A stretch of 64,000 nucleotides of DNA from an uncultured delta proteobacterium (GTDB taxonomy: Bacteria; Myxococcota; Myxococcia; Myxococcales; Myxococcaceae). Positions 40,986-52,655 of this stretch are shown here, piece after piece (position 1 is the first letter of the stretch; every line of letters begins with the position of its first letter). Position numbers and translations under genes: made by a program. The notes under the pieces are model-generated. The model had not been told where the DNA came from and searched no databases. It saw nothing but the letters and a program-made list of their open reading frames with translations. The stretch covers positions 1-64,000 of the forward strand of contig CAVZMH010000015.1 in the NCBI GenBank assembly GCA_963776345.1, read 5' to 3'.

Positions 40986-42131
40986 TCACTCGGCGAGCGG
41001 CAGGCCGGCGAGCAGCGCCCGGAACTCCTCGGCCAGCCGGCCAACCTCCTCGGCGGCGACCACGGCCAGGCTCTCCTTCCGGGCCCGGCGGAGGAAGTCG
41101 TCGAGCGGCTCGCTCCGGCCGTAGAGCCCGGCGGCGATCTCCGCCGCCTCGGCCAGGGCCACCGCGGCGGCCCGGCGGTCGGCGGCCAGGAGCGACTCGG
41201 CCTGCTCGAGCTTCACCCCGCTCCGGGCCCAGACCTCGTGGTCGTGCCGCCGGAGCAGCGTCCGCTGGTTGACCACCACCAGGCTCTTCACCAGCTCGAG
41301 CACGCGCTGACAGAGATCCATCACGTCCGCCTTCGCCGGGAGCGGCAGGGCGGCCATGCTCCGGACCTCGTGCCGGTACTCGATGAGCCGGCGCTTGTCC
41401 TGGGCGCGCAGCGAGCGGTACGGAGCCGTGCGCCCGAAGGCGTCCATCTCCTGCTCGAGGTGCTGGGCATGCCACTGCACGTCCTCGGCACTTGCCTGCC
41501 GGAGCTTGCCCGCGCGGGCCTCCAGGACGCGGCGCAGATCGGCCACCGCCGCCCGGACCCCGACGGCGCCGGCCACCTCCTCGGCGTGTCCGGGGACGAC
41601 CTCCGCGCGCTCCACGTCGCCGAAGGGTGCCACCAGGTCGAAGACCACCGTGCCGATGTGCTCGCGGATCCGGGTCCGCGACGCCTGGACCTCGGCGAGC
41701 AGGTTCCACCGGTCGGCGACCACGCCCGGATCACGCACCTTCGCCCCGAGCATCTGGACCTGCTCGAAGAGCTGGGCGGCCGCCGACTCGAGCACGCGCT
41801 CGAGCCGTGCCCGGGTCGCGTCGTCGAGCACCGCGTCCTCCACCAGCGACGCGAGGCCGTTGCCGCGCGAGGCGGGCTGGGCGGCGAGCTGCGTCCGCAC
41901 GAGGTCGATGAAGGCGTTCACGTCTCGCAGCGTCGCCGCGACCACCGGGGCCATCTCCTCCCAGGTGGAGAGATCGAGGCTCGAGGCCGTCACCGGCGAC
42001 TCGTACTGGAGCAGGTCCAGGTCGGTGAGCCCCACCAGCGCGTTCGCCGCCCCGTGACAGACCTGCCGGAGACGGGTGGCCTGCGACTCCGGGACTGCGG
42101 AAAGTGCCGATTCGAGCGCGGGAGGCAGCAA
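40986..42131 (-). CDS. Hypothetical alpha-helical protein
   Basis: Long ORF with genome-typical codon usage, co-oriented with the downstream operon; start uncertain. Confidence 0.7.
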   Translation of the reverse strand: MLPPALESALSAVPESQATRLRQVCHGAANALVGLTDLDLLQYESPVTASSLDLSTWEEMAPVVAATLRDVNAFIDLVRTQLAAQPASRGNGLASLVEDAVLDDATRARLERVLESAAAQLFEQVQMLGAKVRDPGVVADRWNLLAEVQASRTRIREHIGTVVFDLVAPFGDVERAEVVPGHAEEVAGAVGVRAAVADLRRVLEARAGKLRQASAEDVQWHAQHLEQEMDAFGRTAPYRSLRAQDKRRLIEYRHEVRSMAALPLPAKADVMDLCQRVLELVKSLVVVNQRTLLRRHDHEVWARSGVKLEQAESLLAADRRAAAVALAEAAEIAAGLYGRSEPLDDFLRRARKESLAVVAAEEVGRLAEEFRALLAGLPLAE

Positions 42132-42184
42132 GGGACAGTCCGAGAGCTTGCACGGACTCCACGCGGCGATCCATGTCACTCGGC

Positions 42185-42973
42185 ATGCCTACATGGACCG
42201 CTCCTGGAGGAATCCGGCTCCGCTTTCGCGACGTCGGCAGTGGCCCGCCGGTGGTGCTCCTTCATGCCTTCCCGCTGGAGGGCGAGATGTTCGAGCCGCA
42301 GTGGTCGGCGCTGGCCGAGCGCGGGCGGTTCATCGTCCCGGACCTGCGCGGATTCGGCGGGAGCAGCGTCCTGGCCGGCCCGAGCGAGATGGGCGCGATG
42401 GCGGACGACGTGCTCGCGCTCCTGGACCATCTGTCGATCGACTCGGCGGTCGTGGGCGGGGTGTCGATGGGCGGCTACGTGGCGCTCGCGCTGCTCCGGA
42501 ACGATCCGGGCCGGGTCCGCGCCCTGGTGCTCGCCGACACCCAGACCTCCGCCGACGACGCGCAGGGGCGGGCCGCCCGCGAGGCGACGGCGCAGGAGGT
42601 GCTGGCGAAGGGCTCGACGGCGCTGCTCCCGATCATCGCCCGGCTGCTCGGGCCGTCGGCTTCGGCCGACCTGCGGTCGCGGGTCTCCGCCTGGATCACC
42701 GCCGGCTCGCCCGAGGGTCAGGCCGCCGCCCTGCGCGGGATGGCGCTCCGCCCGGACACCCGCGACATCCTCACCCGGTTCGGCGGGCCGGTCCTGGTCG
42801 TGGTCGGCACCGACGATGTCATCACTCCGCCGGCGAAGGCGCGGACGATGGCGGAGCTGGTCCCCGGGGCGGAGCTGGTGGAGATCTCCGGCGCAGGCCA
42901 CCTGGCGAACCTCGAGCAGCCCGAGGCCTTCAACGCCGCGCTCGGCCGCTTCCTGGCGCGCGTCGGCGGCTGA
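42185..42973 (+). CDS. Alpha/beta hydrolase (enol-lactonase-like)
   Basis: LLHAFP, PDLRGFG, GVSMGG, GAGHLANLEQP. Confidence 0.92.
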   Translation: MPTWTAPGGIRLRFRDVGSGPPVVLLHAFPLEGEMFEPQWSALAERGRFIVPDLRGFGGSSVLAGPSEMGAMADDVLALLDHLSIDSAVVGGVSMGGYVALALLRNDPGRVRALVLADTQTSADDAQGRAAREATAQEVLAKGSTALLPIIARLLGPSASADLRSRVSAWITAGSPEGQAAALRGMALRPDTRDILTRFGGPVLVVVGTDDVITPPAKARTMAELVPGAELVEISGAGHLANLEQPEAFNAALGRFLARVGG

Positions 42974-42988
42974 GCTCCCGGCGAGCTC

Positions 42989-43081
42989 ATGCCCTGGCGG
43001 GCCTCACCCTGGCCGGGGTGGATCCAGGGCGCCATCCACTCGGGGCTCCGCGCCGCCCGCGAGGTCGCCGCGACCGTCTGA
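42989..43081 (+). pseudogene. C-terminal remnant of a flavin amine/L-amino acid oxidase
   Basis: ASPWPGWIQGAIHSGLRAAREV matches the terminal FAD-binding motif G-W/Y-x-x-GA-x-x-SG-x-RAA. Confidence 0.6.
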
Positions 43082-44126
43082 GGCGGGCCTTCGCCGCGTG
43101 ATCTCCCCGAGCACCTCGGCCAGGAAGCGGCGGAGGTTCAGGCCGAGGATGCGCTCGACGCGGGGCCGCGGGTGGCCGCGCCCGAGGAGCAGCGCGGTCA
43201 GCTTCCAGAAGATCCGTCACGTCCCGCATCCCGACCGGCAGGGGCACGAGCCCGTCGAAGTCGCTGCCGAGGCAGACCGCCTCCTCGCCCGCCACGCGGA
43301 CCGCGTGCTCGATGTGGTCGGCGACGGCGTCGAGCCGCCGGTCGCCGAGGTAGGGCGTCCCGAAGATGATTCCGATGACCCCGCCCCGATCGGCGATGCG
43401 CCGGAGCGCGGCGTCGTCGAGGTTGCGCCACCGCGGACCGAGCGCGGCCACGCCGGTGTGGGAGCAGAAGATGCGCGCCTGCTCCTGCCCCAGCAGCGCG
43501 GCGAGGAGACGGGGCGAGGCGTGCGCAACGTCCACCGCCAGGCCTTGGCTCGCCATCGCCTCGAGCACCTGCGCTCCGAGGAGGGTGAGCCCGAGCCGGC
43601 GGCGGAACGGGAAGGAGGAGCCGCCGAGCTCGTTGGGGACCAGGTGGGTGAGCCCCATGAACGCCACGCCGCGCCGGGCGAGCTCGGCCACCCGCTCGAC
43701 CCGGCCCTCGATCGCCTGGCCGCCCTCGACGCCCAGCACGCAGGCCAGCTTCCGGTCGCGCTCGGCGCCGTCCAGCATCGCCGGAGTCCGGGCGAGCACC
43801 GCGGCGCCGGACGCGCAGGCCTCGGCGAGCCGATCGAGCTGGAACAGCGTCCGCGTCCACGGGCTCCGGACGGCGGCGAGCGGCCAGCCGTGCGCGAGCG
43901 CAAAAGCCGGGAATCCGCCGATGAACGGGAACCCTCGCGAGACGACGGTGAAGACCTGGAGCCGGACGCCCGCCTCGGCGAGGCGGACGAAGTCGACGTG
44001 CCCCCGGCGCTGTCGGACCCGGAGGTCGCGGTTCCAGAGCAGCGCGTCGGCGTGGGCGTCGGCCACGTACGCCTGCCGATGCAGCGTGCGTGCTTCCTCC
44101 TCGAGGGCTCGGCTCCGATTCAACAC
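43004..44126 (-). CDS. Membrane dipeptidase (M19) family (+1 frameshift near 43208)
   Basis: DAHAD, LGVEG, DVAHAS, SHTG, RNLDD, LGSDFDG. C-terminal ILGLNLRRFL lies in the adjacent frame. Confidence 0.88.
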
Positions 44127-44200
44127 GCAGAGGCTACCCCGGAGGGAACTGCCAGGCACCCCGCGCTAGACTCGGGCGCGTGCCCCCGTCGACTGCACCG

Positions 44201-45031
44201 ATGCGCGTGAGTCGCGACGAGCTGCGCTTCGACTTCGGCGAGGCGCGGTTCCGGCTGCCACGCGACCGGGAGCTCCTCGGGTGGATCGTCGATCAGTTCC
44301 TCTACGGCGAGGTCACCGGCATCCAGGTCGGCCACTGGCTGTACGCCGCGCCCTCGCTCGAGGCCGCCACCTTCTTCGCCCGCCAGGCGAGCGAGGAGCT
44401 GGCCCACGTCCGCGTCTTCCTCCGCATCCACGCCCTGCTCGGGACGACCCCCGGGCCGCCCCACCCCGTGGTCCGCTTCCTCTCCACCGGGGCGATGGGG
44501 TCGGACTACGCCGAGCACGTGGCCACCGAGATGGCCGTCGGCGAGGGCCTGGTCCTGGCGGTGTTCCAGGCGCTCATCGACACCGTGGACGCGCCGGAGA
44601 TCGTCCGGCTCCTCGAGGCCGCGGCCCGGCAGGAGGAGCGCCACGTCGCCTTCGGAGAGGCGGAGACGGCGCGGCTCCTCGCCGAGCGCCCGGGCCTGGC
44701 CGACGACCTCCTCGGCGCGAACCTCCTCACGCTGCTCGCCCTGCCCCGGCTGGCGCGCTTCATTCAGCGGCGGCTCGGGAGCGAGCACGAGGTCCTGCGC
44801 CACATCGAGGCGTTCCTCGGCCACGTCGTCGGGCTGACCGAGCTGCGGCTCCAACGGCTCGGTATCCTCCGGGGCTCCCTCCCGGACCTCGGGTGGGGAC
44901 GCCGCGCCTGGCTCGTCGCCCGCGCCTACCTCCGGCACCAGCTCAACCGCTTCCGCCGGCCTCGCCGGCTGACCGACACGTACCTGTCGGATCCTCTGCT
45001 CCGGCACGCGGAGACGGAGGCCGCCGAGTGA
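44201..45031 (+). CDS. Ferritin-like diiron-carboxylate protein
   Basis: E(LYGE)...EELAH...E(VGEG)...EERH four-helix ligand pattern; GTGA overlap with thiS. Confidence 0.8.
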   Translation: MRVSRDELRFDFGEARFRLPRDRELLGWIVDQFLYGEVTGIQVGHWLYAAPSLEAATFFARQASEELAHVRVFLRIHALLGTTPGPPHPVVRFLSTGAMGSDYAEHVATEMAVGEGLVLAVFQALIDTVDAPEIVRLLEAAARQEERHVAFGEAETARLLAERPGLADDLLGANLLTLLALPRLARFIQRRLGSEHEVLRHIEAFLGHVVGLTELRLQRLGILRGSLPDLGWGRRAWLVARAYLRHQLNRFRRPRRLTDTYLSDPLLRHAETEAAE

Positions 45032-45228
45032 CCCTCACCGTCAATGGAGAGCGCCGCGACGTCGCGGACGGGCTGACGGTCGCCGCCCTGGTGACCGAGC
45101 TGGGCGTCCGCGGGCGGGTGGCGGTCGAGCTCAACGGCGAGGTGCTCCGGCAGGCCCAGCATCCGGAGGTGACGCTCCGCGAGGGCGACACCCTCGAGGT
45201 GGTGACGTTCGTGGGCGGAGGGGCGTAG
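45028..45228 (+). CDS. thiS: Sulfur carrier ThiS
   Basis: [28 protein letters not shown](A). Confidence 0.93.
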   Translation: MTLTVNGERRDVADGLTVAALVTELGVRGRVAVELNGEVLRQAQHPEVTLREGDTLEVVTFVGGGA

Positions 45229-45238
45229 AACTCTCTCC

Positions 45239-46012
45239 ATGGACGACGCTCTGGTCATCGCGGGCAAGCGGTTCGGGTCCCGTCTCCTCATCGGCACCGG
45301 GAAGTACCCGAGCCACGAGGTGATGAAGCGCTGCCACGAGGCCTCCGGCGCGGAGATCGTCACCGTCGCCGTCCGGCGGCTCGACCTCGCCGCGAAGGGG
45401 GAGGCCTCGCTCCTCCACTGGATCGACACCCGCCGGATGACCCTCCTGCCCAACACCGCGCTCTGCTACACGGCCGACGACGCGGTGCGGACCTGCCGGC
45501 TCGCCGCCGAGCTGGGGATGAGCAAGTGGGTGAAGCTCGAGGTGCTCGGCGACGAGCGCACCCTGTTCCCGGACGTGGAGCAGACGGTCGCCGCGGCGCG
45601 GACCCTGGTGAAGGAGGGCTTCACCGTCCTCCCCTACACCTCCGACGACCCCGTCACCGCCCGGAAGCTCGAGGACGCCGGCTGCGCCGCGGTGATGCCG
45701 CTGGCGGCCCCCATCGGCTCCGGCCTCGGCATCCGCAACCCCCACAACATCCGGCTCATCCGCGAGGTGGTGAAGGTGCCGGTCATCGTCGACGCCGGGG
45801 TGGGGACGGCGTCGGACGTGGCCATCGCCATGGAGCTCGGGTGCGACGGGGTGCTCCTCAACACCGCCGTCGCCGGAGCGAAGGACCCGGTCCGGATGGC
45901 GCAGGCGATGAAGCTCGCCGTCGAGGCCGGCCGCGCGGCCTTCCTCGCCGGGCGGATCCCGCGCAAGGCATACGGCTCGGCCTCGAGCCCGCTCGAGGGC
46001 CTGGTCGACTGA
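45239..46012 (+). CDS. thiG: Thiazole synthase
   Basis: [37 protein letters not shown]. Confidence 0.98.
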   Translation: MDDALVIAGKRFGSRLLIGTGKYPSHEVMKRCHEASGAEIVTVAVRRLDLAAKGEASLLHWIDTRRMTLLPNTALCYTADDAVRTCRLAAELGMSKWVKLEVLGDERTLFPDVEQTVAAARTLVKEGFTVLPYTSDDPVTARKLEDAGCAAVMPLAAPIGSGLGIRNPHNIRLIREVVKVPVIVDAGVGTASDVAIAMELGCDGVLLNTAVAGAKDPVRMAQAMKLAVEAGRAAFLAGRIPRKAYGSASSPLEGLVD

Positions 46013-46617
46013 GGCTCCCGAAGCTCATCGTCCTCACCGACTGGACGCTGCCCGAGGCGTCCCACCGGGCCGCGCTCGAGGCGGTGGCGAACCTCGGATC
46101 CGACGTCTGCATCCAGCATCGGGACCCGGGCGCGCCGGTGCGCGGCTTCCTCGAGCGGGCGCGCTGGCTCGCCGGGCTCACCCGGCGCGGCGGAGCGCAG
46201 CTGGCCATCAACGGGCGGCTAGACGTCGCGCTCCTGGTCGACGCGCACCTCCATCTTCCGGTCGATGCGCCCAGGCCCCGCGAGGTCCGGCCCCACCTCC
46301 CGCCGGAGCGCTGGCTCAGCGCGGCCGCCCACTCGACCGAGGAGCTGCGCGCGGCGAGCGGCTGCGATGCCCTGCTCCTCTCTCCCGTCTACGCGCCCGG
46401 GTCGAAGCCCGGCGACAGCCGCCCGCCGCTCGGGACCGAGGGCTTCGAGCGCCTCGCCCGCGCCGCGGCGCCCACGCCCTGCTACGCGCTCGGGGGGATG
46501 ACGCCGTCGCGGCTCCGATCGCTCTCCGTGGCCGGAGGCGTCGCCGCGCAGAGCGCCATCCTCCACGCGCCGGATCCGGCCGCCGCCGCACGCGCGCTCC
46601 TCGCCGCGCTCCGCTGA
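46009..46617 (+). CDS. Thiamine phosphate synthase / TenI family protein
   Basis: [35 protein letters not shown]; apparent CTG start overlapping the thiG TGA. Confidence 0.8.
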   Translation: MRLPKLIVLTDWTLPEASHRAALEAVANLGSDVCIQHRDPGAPVRGFLERARWLAGLTRRGGAQLAINGRLDVALLVDAHLHLPVDAPRPREVRPHLPPERWLSAAAHSTEELRAASGCDALLLSPVYAPGSKPGDSRPPLGTEGFERLARAAAPTPCYALGGMTPSRLRSLSVAGGVAAQSAILHAPDPAAAARALLAALR

Positions 46618-46798
46618 ACGCATCTTCGTTGCGCTCGCACCGCTCTCTGCGCTCCGATCGCGTGCGGATGCGCTCGAAGGCGTCGGGCGCCCGCCGCCCG
46701 CGCCGGGCGACTCTGGGCATACCCCCCGAGCGAGCCCTGGATGGATAGTTCGCCACCCGCGCGCAAACGCGTCGTGGGATCCCTCCCTCGCGACGCAC

Positions 46799-46822
46799 GG
46801 ATTGCAGTCCGGATGGCAGTCC
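46799..46822 (+). repeat. 12-bp tandem repeat, candidate enhancer-binding-protein site
   Basis: GGATTGCAGTCC GGATGGCAGTCC, ~85 bp upstream of the -24 box. Confidence 0.5.
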
Positions 46823-46905
46823 CCGGGCATGGAATCCCGAGGAGATTCGCGGGCCGACCCGATCCACTGTATGAACTCCCGCGCAACGCCGAGTCTCCCG
46901 CGCGG

Positions 46906-46921
46906 TGGCACGTCGCCTGCT
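46906..46921 (+). promoter_or_regulatory. Sigma54 -24/-12 promoter of ccm operon
   Basis: TGGCACGtcgcCTGCT vs consensus TGGCACGNNNNTTGCW (one mismatch), 45 bp before ccmA. Confidence 0.65.
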
Positions 46922-46966
46922 TGCGTTTTCGCCGGTTTTCGGACAGGTCAACCCCTCTCGGACGAC

Positions 46967-47611
46967 GTGGAACACGCCCCTGCTCTGCAGCTGCACGAGG
47001 TCAGCAAGCGCTACGGAGCGCGGTGGGCGCTCGTCCGGCTCTCGCTGACCGTGAAGCGCGGCGCGGCGCTGCTCCTCACCGGTCACAACGGGTCGGGGAA
47101 GACGACGCTGCTCCGCGTGCTGGCCACCGCGGTCCGCCCCTCGGCGGGACGGGTGGAGGTGCTGGGGCTCGACACCGCGCTCGAGCCGGAGAAGGTCCGG
47201 GCGCAGGTGGGCCTCCTGAGCCACGCCCACTTCGTCTACGAGGACCTCTCCGGGCTGGAAAATCTCGTGGTCCTCGCGCGGCTGCTCGGCGAGCCCGAGT
47301 CCGCCGCCACCGGCGCGCTGGAGCGCGTGAGCCTCTCACCCAAGGACGACCGGCCAGTCCGGACGTACTCGGCCGGGATGCGCCGGCGGCTGGCCCTGGC
47401 GCGGCTCTTCCTCAAGCAGCCCGCCGTGGCCCTCCTCGACGAGCCCTTCGTCGAGCTGGACCCGACCGGCATCTCCGAGCTCGAGGCGCGCATCCGCGAG
47501 CTGCGCGCCGCCGGCACCACGCTGGTCCTCGCCACCCACCACATCGAACAGGGGCTTCAGCTCTGCACGGACCGATTGCATCTGGAACAGGGACGATCGA
47601 TCGCCGCATGA
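46967..47611 (+). CDS. ccmA: Heme exporter ATP-binding protein CcmA
   Basis: GHNGSGKTT, YSAGMRRRLALARL, LLDEP. Confidence 0.92.
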   Translation: MEHAPALQLHEVSKRYGARWALVRLSLTVKRGAALLLTGHNGSGKTTLLRVLATAVRPSAGRVEVLGLDTALEPEKVRAQVGLLSHAHFVYEDLSGLENLVVLARLLGEPESAATGALERVSLSPKDDRPVRTYSAGMRRRLALARLFLKQPAVALLDEPFVELDPTGISELEARIRELRAAGTTLVLATHHIEQGLQLCTDRLHLEQGRSIAA

Positions 47612-48294
47612 GGCTCCCTGGCCTCCTGGCCTCGACGTGGGTCCTCTTGAAAAAGGACCTGCTCCTCGAGTGGCGCTCGCTCGCGCGCGTCAACGCGCTG
47701 CTCTTCTTCTCGCTCGCCACCTTGCTCCTCTTCTCCTTCGCGCTCGGGCCGGACACCGCGCTGCTCCGGCGGAACGCCGGCGGCTACCTGTGGCTCGCGC
47801 TCCTGCTCGCCAGCGTCCTTGCCCTGGGCGAGTCGTTCCGGGTGGAGCGCGAGAACGCCACGCTGGAGGGGCTGCGGCTGGTGCCGGTGAACGCCCGGTC
47901 CATCTTCCTGGCCAAGGCCATCGCCAACGCGGTGCTGCTCGCCGCGCTCGGCGTGCTCCTGGTCCCGGTGCTGGTGGCGCTGCTCGACGTGCGGATCGTG
48001 CTCTCCTGGGGGCAGCTCCTCACCCTCATCGCGCTCGGCTGCCTGGCCATCGCCGCGCCGGGCACGCTCTACGGCGCCATCGCCAGCCACGCCCGGGCCC
48101 GGGACGTGCTCCTTCCGCTCCTCCTCTTCCCCATCCTCATCCCCGCCCTGGTGGCGGCGGCCAAGGGCACGGCGCTGGTGTTCGAGGGGGACCCGATGGG
48201 TCAGTTCCCCTCATGGCTCGCCCTCCTGACCAGCTTCGATCTGATCTACTGGGGGCTGGGGGTCCTGTTGTTCCCCCGGGTTGTCGAGGAGTAA
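47608..48294 (+). CDS. ccmB: Heme exporter permease CcmB
   Basis: KDLLLEWR, FRVERENATLEGL, LLPLLLFPILIP. Confidence 0.93.
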   Translation: MRLPGLLASTWVLLKKDLLLEWRSLARVNALLFFSLATLLLFSFALGPDTALLRRNAGGYLWLALLLASVLALGESFRVERENATLEGLRLVPVNARSIFLAKAIANAVLLAALGVLLVPVLVALLDVRIVLSWGQLLTLIALGCLAIAAPGTLYGAIASHARARDVLLPLLLFPILIPALVAAAKGTALVFEGDPMGQFPSWLALLTSFDLIYWGLGVLLFPRVVEE

Positions 48295-48313
48295 GCACCA
48301 TGGGTTCCTTCCT

Positions 48314-49003
48314 ATGAGCAAGCCACTCCGAATCGGGTTCGTGCTCCTCACGCTCGCCCTCCTCGTCTCCGGGGCGTGGATCGGCCTGGCCTGGGCGCCT
48401 CCCGACCGCGAGATGGGTCACGTGCAGCGCATCATGTACATGCACGTGCCCGCGGCCTGGATGGCGCTCCTCGCGGCGACGATGAACTTCGGCACCTGCG
48501 TCTCGTACCTCTGGAAAGCCTCGTGGAAGAAGGACGCCTTCGCCGAGGCCACCGCGGAGGTGGGGCTGCTGTTCGGGACCATCGCCATCCTCCTCGGCTC
48601 CATCTGGGGGCGGCCGACCTGGGGCGTGTACTGGGCGTGGGATCCCCGTCTGACCACCATGGCGATCCTCCTGGTGGCCTACGCCGGGTACCTCGCGCTG
48701 CGGCGCTTCGTGGACGACCCCGACCGGCGCGCGGTCTGGTCCGCGGTGGTGGGCATCATCATCGCGGTCGACGTCCCGGTCGTGTACTTCAGCGTGAAGT
48801 GGTGGAAGAGCCTCCACCAGGTGCAGTCCACGCCCAAGACGGTGGACCCGCAGATGGTGCTCGCGCTCCGCTGGAACGCCGTCGCCTTCCTCGCCGTCCT
48901 GATCATCTTCCTCGTCGCCCGCTACCGCATCGCGCTCGCCTCGCGGATGCGGGAGACGACCGTGCCGGATGCGCCGACCGGCGCCCGGGAGGCAGTCGTC
49001 TGA
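48314..49003 (+). CDS. ccmC: Heme exporter CcmC
   Basis: YMHVPAAW, WGRPTWGVYWAWDPRLT, WWKSLHQ. Confidence 0.96.
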   Translation: MSKPLRIGFVLLTLALLVSGAWIGLAWAPPDREMGHVQRIMYMHVPAAWMALLAATMNFGTCVSYLWKASWKKDAFAEATAEVGLLFGTIAILLGSIWGRPTWGVYWAWDPRLTTMAILLVAYAGYLALRRFVDDPDRRAVWSAVVGIIIAVDVPVVYFSVKWWKSLHQVQSTPKTVDPQMVLALRWNAVAFLAVLIIFLVARYRIALASRMRETTVPDAPTGAREAVV

Positions 49004-49158
49004 TGAACACCCTGAACCTGGTTCTCGCCGCCGTCGGCGAGGGACGCATCCGCGGCGGCTGGGAGTACGTGTGGACGGCGTACGGCATCGCCTGGACCGG
49101 CCTGTCGCTCTACGCCCTGTCCTTGTGGGCCCGCTGGCCGCGGGAGGAGCGGAAGTGA
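49003..49158 (+). CDS. ccmD: CcmD-like small membrane protein
   Basis: 51 aa, YVWTAYG then TM helix and basic tail; overlaps ccmC and ccmE. Confidence 0.75.
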   Translation: MNTLNLVLAAVGEGRIRGGWEYVWTAYGIAWTGLSLYALSLWARWPREERK

Positions 49159-49624
49159 ACCCCACCACCCGCAATCGCCTGGTCGCCCTCGGCGCGCTGC
49201 TGGTCGCCGGCGCCGGCCTGTCCTTCGTCGCCTTCGGCAACATCGGGCAGAACCTGGTCTTCTACTGGACCCCGGGAGAGATGCTCGCCCAGGGCAGCAA
49301 GGCGTACGGGCCCACCATCCGCCTCGGGGGCGTGGTCCAGCCGGGCAGCCTGCAATGGGACGCCGCGCACACCCACCTCACCTTCCGGGTGGCGGACAGC
49401 GCCCAGCCGGGCGCGCCCTCGGTGGTGGTGCAGTCGCGCGAGACCCCGCCGCAGATGTTCCGCGAGCGGATCGGCGTGGTGGTGGAGGGAACGTTCGACA
49501 AGTCCCAGACGTTCACTTCGTCCAGGCTCATGGTGAACCACTCCAACGAGTACCGGCCGCCGAAGCCGGGTGACGGTCCCGACAAGTGGAAGACCACCGT
49601 CTCCGCTCCCACCGCGGAGGCCCG

Positions 49625-49628
<4 letters not shown>
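49155..49628 (+). CDS. ccmE: Heme chaperone CcmE
   Basis: NLVFYWTP, IRLGGVV, PQMFRE, HxxxY motif HSNEY. Confidence 0.93.
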
Positions 49629-51633
<2,005 letters not shown>

Positions 51634-51637
<4 letters not shown>

Positions 51638-52191
51638 GGAGGCGCGGGCTGTGGATCGGCCTGTCGCTGGCCGCGGTGACCGCGGTGCTGCTCTTCGTCC
51701 TGGCCAAGGGCTTCGGGCGCGATCCGCACGCGGTCCCCTTCCAGCTCCGGGGCAAGCCCGCCCCCGACTTCACCCTGAAGCGGCTGGACAACGGCGCGCC
51801 GGTGAAGCTCTCGGACCTCAAGGGCAAGCCCCTGGTCCTGAACTTCTGGGCCAGCTGGTGCGGGCCCTGCAAGATGGAGCATCCGGTCATCGCCTGGGGC
51901 GCCAAGCGGTTCGCACAGGAGGTGCAGTTCTACGGGGTGGTGTTCGAGGACACCGAGGAGAACGCCCGGGCGTTCGCCGGGAACCCGGACCCGAGCTTCC
52001 CCCAGCTCATCGACGAGCGCTCGCGGATGGCGGTGGACTACGGTGTGACCGGTGTGCCCGAGACGTACTTCATCGACGCCCAGGGCATCCTCCGCGACAA
52101 GGTGGCGGCCCCCGTGGACCCGACGACGCTGATGGAGAAGCTCGCCGCCCTCAAGCAGCCGCCCGGGCCGGTCTCGGAGGTCGTCCGATGA
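51634..52191 (+). CDS. ccmG: Thiol:disulfide oxidoreductase CcmG/DsbE
   Basis: LNFWASWCGPC, GVPETYFID. Confidence 0.92.
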
Positions 52192-52655
52192 CCGCGCTGG
52201 TCCTGGGCCTGGTGCTGTCCGCCTACGCCCCGCAGCAGGCCGGGAGCGCGCTGCTCGATCCGCCGCGCGAGGCGCGGGTGCAGGCCCTGGGCAAGCAGCT
52301 CCGCTGCCCGATGTGCCAGGGCCTCTCCATCGCCGACTCGAACTCGTCCGCGGCCCGCGCCCAGATGGACAAGGTGCGGGAGCTGGTGGCGGCCGGGAAG
52401 ACCGACCGGGAGATCCGCGACTACTTCACCGCCCGCTACGGCGAGTGGGCGCTGCTCGACCCGCCGGCGAGCGGGATGAACGTCCTGGTCTGGCTGCTCC
52501 CCCTGGCGCTGCTCCTGGGCGGCGGCCTGGCCATCGCCCGGACCATGCGGCGGCCCGTCCCCGCCCCCGCGCCGGACGCGCCGGGAGCGGCCAAGGGGCA
52601 ACCACCGTCCGATGACCCGTACCTCGAGGCGGTGCGGGCGGAGATGCGCCGGTGA
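52188..52655 (+). CDS. ccmH: Cytochrome c biogenesis protein CcmH
   Basis: LRCPMCQGLSIADS, RYGEW. Confidence 0.93.
   Translation: MTALVLGLVLSAYAPQQAGSALLDPPREARVQALGKQLRCPMCQGLSIADSNSSAARAQMDKVRELVAAGKTDREIRDYFTARYGEWALLDPPASGMNVLVWLLPLALLLGGGLAIARTMRRPVPAPAPDAPGAAKGQPPSDDPYLEAVRAEMRR

Noticed and set aside
44127..44200. TPP riboswitch upstream of the thi genes
   Set aside because: Only 74 bp, and the conserved CUGAGA and AACCUGA cores are not present.
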